Numbered from the stretch's first letter, positions 11,581-22,086 are shown. The stretch is 64,000 nt of DNA from Macrostomum lignano (GCA_002269645.1 NIVC01001395.1:233505-297504); one strand, 5' to 3'. The notes: generated by a model from the letters alone, not told the origin. A program made the numbers and translations.

Positions 11581-12671
11581 TCTCTGTCAGGATGCTCGTC
11601 ACGCTGAGCAAGACGTTGAGCTGCTCCTGTCATCCGCATCAGTTTGGCTAACTGATTCGCTGTTGCCAAAGTCCGGCCCAGCCTCCCATCGTACGGACGA
11701 TGATGATGATGAAGTGTCATCGGTGCTGCTTGACGGCTTCCCTAGCAACAGTGCCGTTGCTAATGACGCTGAGATGGATAGTATTTTCCCATTTCACGAC
11801 TGTCTTCTCGACTTGGACGGTGTCGACTTTGATGTCGATGAGTTGATGCCGCCGGATCGACCGGTTTTCGACGATGGTGATGATGACGACGCAGATGAAG
11901 ATTCGGTGATGTCATCGTCATTGACGTCGTCTGTCGATGAGACGCCACCGCCTCGGATGCTGCCTCGCAGAGGCAGAGGCAGAGGCGGCGGTGTCGGCAG
12001 GAAGTCGAAATCTTCTAATATGAGGACTAAAGGCGAGGCTAATCGAGAGGCTGCCTATCGGTTAGTTGCTAACTGATGCCCACTCTGTGTATTGCTGACT
12101 CCCCCTCTCGGACCCCCTCTCTGACCTCTCGGGCCTCCCCCTCCCTGATCGCTCCCTCCCGGACCTCCCCCTCTCTGACGCCCCCCTCTCTCTAATCGGC
12201 TCTCTGACCTCCCCCTCTGACCTCCCCATCTCTGATCACCCCTTCTCCGACCTCCCCCTCACTGACGTTCCCCTCTCTGACTCCCCCTCTTTAGCCTCCC
12301 CCTGATCTCTTCCTCTGTGAACTCCCCTCTCTGTTCTATTCTTTCTCAAATCCACATGCCCTAACGGTCGCACACACAACGCCAAGCCTCGCCCCCCCCC
12401 CGCCCTCAGATACAGAGCAAAGCAGCGCCAATCCAACTCGCTGGCCAAGTCCCAACACTCGCAACTGGTTGCCGACAATCAACGTCTGGAAGCTGAAGTG
12501 GCATCGGCCGAGAGCCAGCTGCAGTTCCTGCTCCACTTGTGCCGCAGGAGGCCAGCGCCATCTAAGAGGCGACTGCAGCTAAGAGTTTTAGAGGCCGATG
12601 AAGACTGCGATCCACCGCAGCTGGGTTCGAAACCCAAAGTTATCACCATGGTTTTTAAACACCGGGCTTGA
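11504..12671 (+). CDS. ATF4/ATF5-like bZIP transcription factor; exons 11504-12060, 12410-12671
   Basis: Splicing GTTAGT(12061)..CAG(12409) joins KGEANREAAYR to YRAKQRQ..LVADNQRLEAEVASAESQLQFLLHL, an ATF4-type basic region and zipper. The N-terminal part is acidic, and the leader has ATF4-like uORFs. Confidence 0.8.
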
Positions 12672-12984
12672 ACTGGTGCAAAATCGGTGGTCTAATTTTT
12701 GTGCTTCTGTTCGTCCTTTAATGTTCCCTCGCCGACAAACATTGATCAAGAGATTCTGTTTCTTTTTTTAAATGATAAACTAACCTATCATTGTAGTTTT
12801 ATTAATTTCCTGTCTGATAACTTTTGTCGATCTATTCGTATATATGCTTCTAAATCTTTGTTGTGTAAGCTATTAATAGAATAGTGTACTTTCCTTTCTA
12901 TCCACTTTATTTAATCGTTTTTTAATAGTTCTTAGAATCGCCCCTAAATCAATCCTGAGAAAGCAATTAAATCGTTATGAGAAT

Positions 12985-13410
12985 CGCACAAATCTACATG
13001 AGAACCGCTCATTTGTCTACCCTGAGAATCGCCCCAATCTACCCTGAGAATTGCCCCAATCTACCCTGAGAAACGCCCCAATCTACCCTGAGAATTGCCC
13101 CAATCTACCCTGAGAATCGCCCCAATCTACCATGAGAATCGCCCCAATCTACCCTGAGAAACGCCCCAATCTACCATGAGAATCGCCCCAATCTACCCTG
13201 AGAATCATTCCAATCTACCCAGAGAATCGCTCATTTGTCTACCTGAGAATCGCCCCTAATCTACCCTGAGAATCGCCCCAATCTACCCTGAGAAACGCCC
13301 CAATCTACCCTGAGAATCGCCCCAATCTACCCTGAGAATCGCCCCAATCTACCCTGAGAAACGCCCCAATCTACCATGAGAATCGCCCCAATCTACCCTG
13401 AGAAACGCCC
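12985..13410. repeat. 22-bp minisatellite (CTACCCTGAGAATCGCCCCAAT)n
   Basis: About 19 units read directly. Confidence 0.93.
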
Positions 13411-13754
13411 CATTTGTCAGGTTAGATTAGATATTTTGTTATAACTGCATCTGATGTACGTCACGGTCTATTTGCACATTTTTCTTTGCAACGTATGCTT
13501 TTTTATTTGATTAAAAAGGTTTTTAAGGTAATACGCACATTTCGGTTATTATCAACATCTACTTGATTAGACAATATAATATATATATATATTTCCCTCT
13601 TCACACAAAATCGGTAACGAGTATTGTTTATAAGTGTTGCAATTGATTTACCAATAGCTCTGGGCTCCACCTGACCCGGACTAAATGTATATGACATGTT
13701 GGTTATCCACTGGTAGTGCTGCTTTTTCAGTTACTATTCATTGTGACCGTGTCA

Positions 13755-14078
13755 GTCGGGGTGTCAAATGAGGTGTCAAACGGGTGCCAAATGGGGTGTC
13801 AACCGGGTGTCAAACGGGGTGCCAAATGGAGTGCCAAATGAAGTGTCAAATGGAGTGCCAAATGGAGTGCCAAATGGAGTGCCAAATGAAGTGTCAAATG
13901 GAGTGTCAAACGGAGTGTCAAATGAAGTGTCAAATGGAGTGTCAAATGGAGTGCCAAATGGAGTGCCAAATGGGGTGCCAAATGGAGTGCCAAATGAAGT
14001 GCCAAATGGAGTGTCAAATGGAGTGCCAAATGGAGTGCAAAATGGAGTGCCAAATGGGGTGTTAAATGGAGTGTCAAA
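13755..14078. repeat. 12-bp minisatellite (AATGGAGTGCCA)n
   Basis: Read directly; 4-aa periodic ORFs. Confidence 0.93.
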
Positions 14079-14670
14079 CAGTATGCGCGCTGCTGTCATT
14101 TGATGCCAATTGACACCATGCATATCAAGGTGGGCATGTAGGCTGTACCTGAGAAGCTAAAAGCATACTTCTGCCAACTCTATCAATTCCCACCTATGCT
14201 TCTAGGCACATTCTCAAGACAAAGATTGTCAGTCAGCAGCCGAATCGTGTTCTTAAAAAAGTCGTCAGTTTGTCAGAAAATGAATCGCTTCTAAAGCGAA
14301 ATAATCAATATTTATGATCTGAGTTGCTTTAGAAATGCTTAAGCCAGTCTGTCAAAGCCACCTGCAAGTTTTCCTAGCAGACTTCAAGGCGCTGTCAACT
14401 GCATCATGGACATTCCCAGCATCCTTGGAACGGGGAATTTAAGCATAGAGCCATGCCAGTCAAACATTCTGAAAACCTTTTTGCAGACGGGGTAAGGCCT
14501 GAAGCGTAAAGCCTCTCAGTCCTTCTTGCTGTATTTTAACCAATCGGAGGTAAGACGCAACTGTAAACCTTTATAATGTATAAAATGGATTGCTGTGGTC
14601 TCAAACTTGCTAACTTCAATCCTTGACCTGCAACACCTATAGAAAGCTGAAGAAAGTTTGTCAATATATC

Positions 14671-15468
14671 ATGTCGACATTTAAACTGATGTTGCTTCTT
14701 CAAAGCGTTATTAACTGCCTGTTGCTGCCAGCCCTGGCCCAGCTGTGTCCCTCGCCGTTCAGTCTTGAGGCCGGAAAGTGCATCTTCGTGAACAAGGTGA
14801 GGAGCTTCAGCTGGTGCGAGGCCAACCGGCAGTGCGCCATGATCGGAGGCGAGCTGCTCAACTCGTACAGCTCTCTGCAGCCGCTCAGCAACATGCCGAG
14901 TTTCGCCTGCAGTTCCTGTTTCGTTTGGCTCGGAGTGACCGACTTGGCTGACGAGAGATTCTCCAGCAGATCGGGATTGCAGTTGGTCAATGGTAACGGC
15001 ATCTTGCCGCTGAATGACTCGCTGTGGCATTTTTCAACTGAGCCAAACAGGAACGTGTTTGAGAACTGCATCTTCCATGCATCCCATGGCAAAATCCACA
15101 ACAATCCATGCGCAGCTGAGCGCGGGTTCGCTTGCGAGTGGGCTCCGAGTGCCGCTCAGCCGCTGCCAACTGCTGCCTCGTGGAAGCTGACTCCGTTCAA
15201 GCGGACCAGCTACCATGCCAGCACTGAGTACTGCTACTCTGACCTGACCAATGTTCACTCCGAGCTGGCTTGTGTCATGTCAGCTTTCAGCTCTGGCAAC
15301 TGCAGACACGTGCTGTACAACAGCAAGCTGAGAGCCTGCCGCCTGCTGCTGTTCACCGACGCTCAGCTAGGTGGAGGCCGAGATCGAGACGAGCGCCGAC
15401 TGGGTCAAGTTCAGCGTGTACTGAGCAATATTGTTTGCATTGTTTGTAGTAATGATTGTTCTGCATAA
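14671..15468 (+). CDS. secreted C-type lectin + PAN/apple-like domain protein, intronless; C-terminus frameshifted by a 4-bp insertion
   Basis: Signal peptide, CPSPF..AGKC, WCEA..QC..IGGEL, WLGV.D, W..EPN..ENC, C..ERGFACE, then C...C..V.YNSKLRACRL. Paralogous to 57125-57892. Confidence 0.8.
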   Translation: MSTFKLMLLLQSVINCLLLPALAQLCPSPFSLEAGKCIFVNKVRSFSWCEANRQCAMIGGELLNSYSSLQPLSNMPSFACSSCFVWLGVTDLADERFSSRSGLQLVNGNGILPLNDSLWHFSTEPNRNVFENCIFHASHGKIHNNPCAAERGFACEWAPSAAQPLPTAASWKLTPFKRTSYHASTEYCYSDLTNVHSELACVMSAFSSGNCRHVLYNSKLRACRLLLFTDAQLGGGRDRDERRLGQVQRVLSNIVCIVCSNDCSA

Positions 15469-15892
15469 AATATGCGAATAATGATCGTCAAATTGCTAAA
15501 CAATGATTTTTATCCAGAGGCGTCGCCACCGGGGGGCAAGGGGGGACATGTGACCCTCTTCAATAGAGTGCCTGCGGCGCCAAGATGAGTGCTTGCGGAG
15601 CCAAAATGATTCCAAAAATAATATGGGAACTTTTTCTTTACTATTCCTGGTTTTGTTCCCACACAATAAGAACCATATCATGGCGGCACTTCATGTTTTT
15701 GCAAGACGATTTTTTCTCTTAAAGTCAGTTTCCTGTCCAATCATCCTGTCTGACTTTATGTCGCAAAGTCGCAAAGAATTTTAACGGAAAATTCAGCAAT
15801 TTCTAACCATCTTTATATTAAAAGAACCTTTTGTTATGATTATTTTTTAGTTTGAAATCTATTGTCTAAGCTGTCTGCACAAGGCCTTTGAA

Positions 15893-15972
15893 ATCTCGGC
15901 TTGGCTCTGCTCGTGCAATTAGCGCCTAGGTTGAAGGCCAAACCCCAGGGGACAAGGAAGTGTACATGCTAG
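15893..15972 (-). repeat. fragment of an unclassified dispersed repeat (other copies 28175-28435 and 56013-56245)
   Basis: Reverse complement of GCATGTACACTTC..GGTTTGGCC.TCAA.CTAGGCG.TAATTGCACGAGCAGAGCCAAGCCGAGATT at 28352-28431. Confidence 0.8.
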
Positions 15973-16149
15973 AAAAATAAAATTGATGGAATGGGTGGTT
16001 TTTCAAGCATAAAAGTTAAATGGGATTACCTAATTATGCGATATTGAATTTACTAGAAAGAAGAAACCTGCCGCCTTAAATTGACCCAAAAGTTGCGCGT
16101 CCGTTTTCGCTCTGGGATTGAAAGTGTCTGAACTTCCCGGACACATGAA

Positions 16150-16722
16150 ACTACGTATCGTGCAGAAACTGCTGGGTTTTGGAGGTGAGGTGGGTGTCAG
16201 AGCCAATGCAAATTCAACGCCTATCTAAATACATTAGACCTCTTCTAATTGGTCCAGACCCTGTAAGTCATTATGTGAGACATTTATGCATGTAACTCTC
16301 ATGTAAATCTAATTATACATGTAATCACTGTATCGTGCAGAAGCGACGAGTACAATATAGTACGCATAATTAGCGCTTCACCGTAGCAGTTGTTGTACGT
16401 AGAAATGCGCGCGCCCAGCCCCACACAATGCAGCATTGGTGTACGCAGAATTAACTGTACATATTAACTGTCCATATACCAAAATTGGCAGAATTAACGC
16501 GCGCCGACCCACCCCATAACTGTCCATATTATTACTTCTCCATATTTACTGTCCATCCCAAAATTGGTGTACGCGCAGAATTGTAGCGTCCGCCCACCCC
16601 ATAGCTGTTCGATCATACCCAAACTTCGTGTACGCGCAGAATTAGCGCCCACCCATCCAAGAAAATATTCTGTCGCCCCTCACAATTAATTGGCGGCCCC
16701 ACGCGGAGGCATGATGAGTCAG
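16150..16722 (+). repeat. left terminal inverted repeat
   Basis: Compared base by base with the reverse complement of 25706-26278: 2 mismatches (16575, 16701). An imperfect extension runs to ~16746. Confidence 0.97.
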
Positions 16723-16906
16723 CCGCTGTAAATCGCTGCTGTCCACACTGTTATATCCACTCCTTCCATACTTCACTCTCTAGAATTCAGCCCTCGTCGA
16801 CACTCCGAGACAATTACGTCACCCCCCAACCCCTCTCCCAAATAAGTTTTCAAAAGGCGTATATATATTTACACAAAAAGCCGGCCGAGCTTTGATACGT
16901 ATATAT

Positions 16907-17557
16907 TTATTTAGCATACACAATTGGGTGACGACCCAAAACGTTTGAATAATAGCGAGCAGGAGCATTTTGCAAACAGTTTACAATCAAGTATGAGTAG
17001 GGGTCGCGAGTAGCATCCTCATACGTTTTGACAAAACTTTTTGGATTAGTGGGGACCAGCTGCCTTGCAATATGAGACACTGTGCTGGCATCCCGTACAT
17101 TGCGGAATAAAACAAGGTAGTTCGAATTGAGCGACTGAGTTCGGTGCTCCTTACCCTTTGCAAAAAGGTTTTGCACAAGATACCAAAGTCGGAACCCCAC
17201 GTGGGAGACTTTGCGCGTGAAAAAAGTTGTAAAAGCGCCACTCTTTTCCATGGCATGCATTTGGTCGTCGACGACAAGCAGAATATTTGGTTCAGGGACA
17301 TATTGTTCAGGATCAAATGTACACGAACGAAAATTTACAGGGTACGGCAATTCAAACAGTTCAGGATCTGGATAGTGGCCAAACCAGTCTACGCGAATCG
17401 GCTTCGGATCTTGAAAAAATTCTTGTCTCAATAGGTTTTTCACAAGTGTGGTCTTGCCGCTTTGAGCCACCCCAGCAAAAATTGCAGACGTTTTGGGGGC
17501 AAATTTTAAAGAGTCGGGGTCTATTGTTTGATACATTTTGATAGGCCGCCCAATCAT
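16907..17557 (-). CDS. A32/FtsK-like genome packaging ATPase
   Basis: Walker A GVAQSGKT, Walker B LLVVDD, plus FTRKVSH..LVQNLF..RTQSLNSNYLVLFRN.RD typical of Polinton ATPases. AATAAA overlaps the stop. Confidence 0.93.
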   Translation of the reverse strand: MIGRPIKMYQTIDPDSLKFAPKTSAIFAGVAQSGKTTLVKNLLRQEFFQDPKPIRVDWFGHYPDPELFELPYPVNFRSCTFDPEQYVPEPNILLVVDDQMHAMEKSGAFTTFFTRKVSHVGFRLWYLVQNLFAKGKEHRTQSLNSNYLVLFRNVRDASTVSHIARQLVPTNPKSFVKTYEDATRDPYSYLIVNCLQNAPARYYSNVLGRHPIVYAK

Positions 17558-17559
17558 AT

Positions 17560-18009
17560 TTATGGATGATGCTGCTTTATTTGTAGACAGTGATTCTGCA
17601 CCATCAAGTCGTTCTCGTAAAGATTTGTGCTATAACAGTCGCGCAATATTTTTTCAATTGACAGACCCTCCAAAAAGTGTTTTTCAGCCACAAATATTAC
17701 ATGAGCCCCGCAGGTCACACTCAGCGGATGCTGTACAGGATGCCGATTCATGGCCACCTCCACAGGGACATACTTTGCGATCCACAACTTTAATAAATCT
17801 GGCACAGGATCGATACACAAGGGGTCAAAAAATGTCACGCTCTCATCGGCATGAAGACAAATTAAAGCCCAGTGAGTGCCTGGTAGATTGCCAGTGTCAA
17901 AGTTAATCACGTATGCAGCAGGATAAGCAGGCTGCGGAATCCTGTCAACTGGTGTTACTCGAACAGGGGCAGGTAGTATTAGACGTTCTAATATATCTAG
18001 ACTATTCAT
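17560..18009 (-). CDS. adenain-like cysteine maturation protease
   Basis: YVINFD..PGTHW, FFDP, PVQ..SVTCG: the H-D-Q-C catalytic set is intact. Confidence 0.92.
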   Translation of the reverse strand: MNSLDILERLILPAPVRVTPVDRIPQPAYPAAYVINFDTGNLPGTHWALICLHADESVTFFDPLCIDPVPDLLKLWIAKYVPVEVAMNRHPVQHPLSVTCGAHVIFVAEKHFLEGLSIEKILRDCYSTNLYENDLMVQNHCLQIKQHHP

Positions 18010-18056
18010 ATTGGCATGAATGTGGCCGTTATTCGGGAATAAAAAAATGTTTGTTT

Positions 18057-19340
18057 CTACACGTAGTCTAGAATAACCTGACGACCGCGAGTGATTTGCA
18101 CAGTATTGTCAAAGTAGCCAAACACCAACACGTTGATTTCTGCGGCCAAGGCAGCAGAAAACTTTATTTGTAGCGTCAGATTCCCTCGCTCGCGAGGCAT
18201 GCTATGCCCGCCCAGCTCCATGTCGGGCATGAGATTCCAGGCGAAGAAGCAGTAGCCAGCTCCATAGTCGGAATATGATACGTCAATATCCAGGTCCCGA
18301 TTCATCTTTCCGAGGCTTTTTAGTAGCATGGCATACTCGCGAGCATAGTTATGAACACCGAATCGAGGAGTAAACGGTTGTCCACACAGACTGACTCCGT
18401 CCTTATACAGAGCGACACTGTCGGCACCAAATGGCTCAAAATTAAACGGGTTATGTGTAGCCACACCGTTGTACGCGCCGCTGTTTACCATGCCAACAAC
18501 CATTAGTTTAGGCTTTTGTTCAGGAAATATATTATTGATTGACATGTCCCGAACACCGCCAGCCACTGAAGTATTGTGCACAACAAGTCGCTCAATCGGA
18601 TAGATTGCATTCTGTTTGCCTAGTTGTTCTTCAATCTCCAATGCCAATTGGGGGTTTGCCTTGACGCGGCGCACATGTAGTTTGGCACTCTCGAGTACTA
18701 GCCGCGCATCAACCCCGTCCGCGTGGTTTTCCAGAACGAAGCCGGAATTGTGCATGGTCAGCGTAATTACCATATCAGTGTATGGCAGTAGCATTCGGTC
18801 GTTGGTAACAAAAAAGTCTAAACTAAGAGGTCCATAAAGGTGAAAGGTGCGTGAGTTTGCTGCCATCGCCTTGCGGGCTACAAAGCCAGGATTTCCAACC
18901 ACAGCCATTTGACCTCCAGCGTCCTTTGCGTAGCCCATCATTCTCAGTTGGTTGGTTTTTGAATCGTGTCCGTAATTCAAACACGTGCGAATGTAGGCTT
19001 TGTAAGCGTGGTTGTTATTGCTCGACTCTACGTGTGTCCCGTTGATTGTCAACGTGACGTTTTTAAACATGCTTTCAAGGACGTAATTGACCGGCGCAAC
19101 ATTCGAATCAGCAGCAAGATTTGTGCCATTAGATTGCCTAACGCGGGCCTTAATCTCGAGGTCAATGTCGTTAAGATCGATAAACGTCTCACCACCAACA
19201 ATCCTAAATTCGACCACGCTGGCATTTTCAACACTGGCAACAGGGTGAACTTCTTCAGTGGTGGCGCTAATTGCAGCAATTTGGTGTGCACGAGGAGCAA
19301 ATAGCTCGAATTCCGACTTTGTACACAGGCACTCAGTCAT
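18057..19340 (-). CDS. double jelly-roll major capsid protein
   Basis: 427 aa with KSEFELF, VEFRI..FIDL, PVNY.LESMF, YKAYI..LNYG, KP..VVGMV..AYNG..NPFNF, DY..GY.FFAWNL.PD and L.L.IKFS.AL, matching the Polinton/adintovirus hexon pattern. Confidence 0.93.
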   Translation of the reverse strand: MTECLCTKSEFELFAPRAHQIAAISATTEEVHPVASVENASVVEFRIVGGETFIDLNDIDLEIKARVRQSNGTNLAADSNVAPVNYVLESMFKNVTLTINGTHVESSNNNHAYKAYIRTCLNYGHDSKTNQLRMMGYAKDAGGQMAVVGNPGFVARKAMAANSRTFHLYGPLSLDFFVTNDRMLLPYTDMVITLTMHNSGFVLENHADGVDARLVLESAKLHVRRVKANPQLALEIEEQLGKQNAIYPIERLVVHNTSVAGGVRDMSINNIFPEQKPKLMVVGMVNSGAYNGVATHNPFNFEPFGADSVALYKDGVSLCGQPFTPRFGVHNYAREYAMLLKSLGKMNRDLDIDVSYSDYGAGYCFFAWNLMPDMELGGHSMPRERGNLTLQIKFSAALAAEINVLVFGYFDNTVQITRGRQVILDYV

Positions 19341-19358
19341 TTTTCTTTCAACAGCGGC

Positions 19359-19751
19359 TTAGTGTGGTGCTCTAATAGACAGATCAGTTATTGGCACGGG
19401 TTTTTTATTTATAGAGTCGAAAATATCAGAATGCTGCAGTCTTTTTCTCGTTTTTTTGTTAGTCATCTTTCTTCGTCTTTGTCTGCCGCTACCTCGTTGT
19501 GCGACTGTGTCCTTGAAAGCATCTTTAGCTGCCTGGACAGAGTTACGCAATGCTTCTTCTTTCAAGTTCCCGCCTTGATCGAGTGTGTCGTTAACTGTTG
19601 TAGCTAGGGCTCGTGTTCCGTGGCGAAGAATATTTTTGCCAAAACTCTTTAAAATTGGCAGGGCAAATCGGGCAATGCTGCCAAACAGGCCGTTGCCGCG
19701 CTGTGCACCGGAAAATACCGGTAAAGCTCCTCCGATCAAGATTGAAGGCAT
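19359..19751 (-). CDS. basic core/membrane-lytic-like protein with amphipathic helix (cupiennin-like class of adintoviruses)
   Basis: QRGNGLFGSIARFALPILKSFGKNIL amphipathic segment, QRGSG followed by an Arg/Lys tract, and position next to the capsid genes. Confidence 0.7.
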   Translation of the reverse strand: MPSILIGGALPVFSGAQRGNGLFGSIARFALPILKSFGKNILRHGTRALATTVNDTLDQGGNLKEEALRNSVQAAKDAFKDTVAQRGSGRQRRRKMTNKKTRKRLQHSDIFDSINKKPVPITDLSIRAPH

Positions 19752-19795
19752 ATTGTCGATCAGTTGCTACCTTTTATTCGTGAAAACTTCTTTAT

Positions 19796-20948
19796 TTATA
19801 GCTTAATTTCACGAATGTTGATCGATAAAACAGTTTTACCTCGAAGAATCCGATCCATTAACTTGCCCATATCGTCACAGATTTGCACCTCAATGGTTTT
19901 GAATGGGTGTTTCACCAACGGTAAGTAGGATGGATTGACAAACTCGTAGTACTCTCGTTCGCCGTATACCTTTTCATTCAAAGGAATTGCCCCAAGCAGG
20001 GGGACTTTGACGTCTCCAACAATGGCAGAGTCGACAATATTTGAATAGATGTACATAGTTTGTACACCATTTGTTAAATCGATTGGTCGTTTAGCGGTCT
20101 TTGGAGTTTCATTGAAAACATCTTCGCGAAAGCCGAGAATGGCAGCAAGCTCTCCAATGTCGAATAAAATGTTTTCAATGGGTTTGTACTCACACCGGTT
20201 CAGAAAAGGGTTGTAGCGGAATGCATCCACTCTCGTCGCTGGACTTATTGGGAGCTTTGAAACGACGCTCCAAAGCGCTCCATTAACATAATTTAAGAGC
20301 TCGTCAGGCGTGCGGTAGAACCCTTTAGCAATCCGCAGTGACGTTCTAGAAGGCCAGATACTCTTTTCAAACGTTAGAGTCATGGGACTCTATATGGAGG
20401 AGGAGGTCTCCAATTCTATAGCGAATACTAAAGAATTTCTTGGGTTTAATAAAAAAGTCGTTACTTCGATATTTGATTTATTTCCAGCGTCGTCAACCTT
20501 TTTAAACATGCTACACACATTACTGGACAGCCTAATGTTCGCACCATACCATGATTTGTTCACAATTGAAATTTGGCCTTCCTGTGAACGCTCAATGCAA
20601 ATCATCGCATTATCGTCTTGCTCATATTTTAGAGCGGCGATGATTGCATCAACCACTTCGTTGGCTGTTGATAGCCCCGCGGGAGAGAAACCGACGCAAA
20701 CTGTTTATACGTGGAGGCGGGTTTTTCTCTACCTCAATGTCAATCACTTCATCCTCGGGAGCGTTGGTCAGGACATCAACCATTCGATTATCGGGGACGG
20801 TTTTGAATTCTTTACAAAAGTAGATCCGTTCGATGCAGACTTCATGATTCGGAAAGTGGAGGGTGTCGGGCAAATTAATGCTATAATGTGCCGAATTATT
20901 CTCAGGATAGTGCTCAACGCACGCATTGCTAGGTAGGAATAGATGCAT
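19796..20948 (-). CDS. minor capsid protein (penton), split over three ORFs by apparent 1-bp lesions
   Basis: N-terminus MHLFLPSNA..YPENNSAHYSINLP..EVCIERI and C-terminus MYIYSNIVD..VGDVKVPLL..NPSYLPL..IEVQICDD.G are penton hallmarks. Frame changes at ~20724 and ~20671, plus a TAG at 20390-20392 or compensating shifts. Confidence 0.82.
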
Positions 20949-20982
20949 TGTAATATACCACACGTTTCGAGTGTATGTGTGT

Positions 20983-21975
20983 TCATCCTTGTCTTATATT
21001 TATAACTTCCTCAACTGGTACAAATGCATTGAACGACTCGGGATAGCCGCGCCAACTAACGAAATGATGAGCAACACCATTGATGACGACATTGCGACGC
21101 AGAATTTTGTCTATAACAAAGCGGTCCGGTCGAACCGTCTTTGAAAGTTCATTATAGTAGAATCGACCCTCGATTTGTTCTCCAGATAGGTCGGAAATGC
21201 GATAAAAATGAGGCGGTCCCGGGCATACTTGAGACACAACGTAAACTTCTTCGCTGTACATATCGTATGCTTCCTTGTCAAAGGCTCGACGAGATTTTGA
21301 AATTCTGACAAAGTCCCCTTTTTGGTAAACTGGTTCATCATATTCAGGATCCTTGTAGAGCTTTTCCCACAATTCTTTTTGGTTGTGCAGACCGACACTC
21401 GAAGGTTTCATATCAATAGTAGAGTGTACTGTGTTGTTGTAACTTTTAACCAATATTGGCAAATAGTCGATCCAACGCCACGTGTTTTTATGCTCAAAGT
21501 AGCGAGCTAAACGTTTTCGGAGAGTCCTAATCAGCCTTTCAGCCATATTTGCCTTGTATACAGAGTTTGTACTGTACATTTTGATATTATTGGCTTTCAG
21601 TAAGTTCTGCATGCGATTGTTATAAAACTCGGTACCTCGATCAACGTGTAGATATAAAGGCTTAATGGGGAAGTCTTTAATCATGCTTTCAAAAGCCTTT
21701 GGAGTGTCGCTTTTCAATTTTATTGCCTGGCACTACTTTACATGACATTACTTTTCCGGTTTGGAATTTTCTTTTAACCCTCTTGTGCCGGGTGTAGCTC
21801 GATTGGGTCTTCAGCCATTCGTCTGTTTGGCGTCTCGTCAGGGAGGGGACCAGCCGTTTGGCCTCCTGATATACACGGGCAGCATTTGTAAAAGCGGCGT
21901 CCCCCTGTTCGTACACTCTCCGAAGAGCGGTTTTCACCCAGCGGTTTTCACCCAACTAGATTCGATGCACAGCAT
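20983..21975 (-). pseudogene. retroviral-like (rve) integrase with C-terminal chromodomain, inactivated
   Basis: WL..Q.SYTRHKRVKRKF, VDRGTEF (2nd D), AERLIRTL (E), WIDYLP.LV.SYN...HSTI, chromodomain IDKIL..FVSWRGYP. A 14-bp tandem duplication (21926-21953) frameshifts the N-terminus, and the segment carrying the first catalytic Asp is missing near 21730. Confidence 0.88.
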
Positions 21976-22046
21976 GAGTAATTACACTTGAACTCCACAG
22001 ACGGTTTGTCTGAGCAAAGCTTTGAAGTTACAGCTGCGGCACCCAT
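21948..22046 (-). CDS. putative 32-aa Cys-rich MG-start microprotein
   Basis: MGAAAVTSKLCSDKPSVEFKCNYSCCASNLVG*, 37 nt downstream of a CTATAAATA box. Below the ORF track cut-off. Confidence 0.4.
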   Translation of the reverse strand: MGAAAVTSKLCSDKPSVEFKCNYSCCASNLVG

Positions 22047-22086
22047 GATCCAAAAACAGATTATATATCATGAAAATGATTTCTAT

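Noticed and set aside
14536-15258. Antisense ORFs over the lectin genes (also 57113-57986)
   Set aside because: GC-rich coding shadows of the CTL-PAN genes.
17538-17557. Imperfect palindrome reading MIGRPI on both strands at the protease/ATPase junction
   Set aside because: Only ~18 bp with mismatches; not distinguishable from chance.
17144-21991. Plus-strand and alternative-frame ORFs within the viral genes (e.g. 17538-17906, 18966-19304, 20382-20936)
   Set aside because: Shadow ORFs of recognisable minus-strand genes with no motifs of their own.
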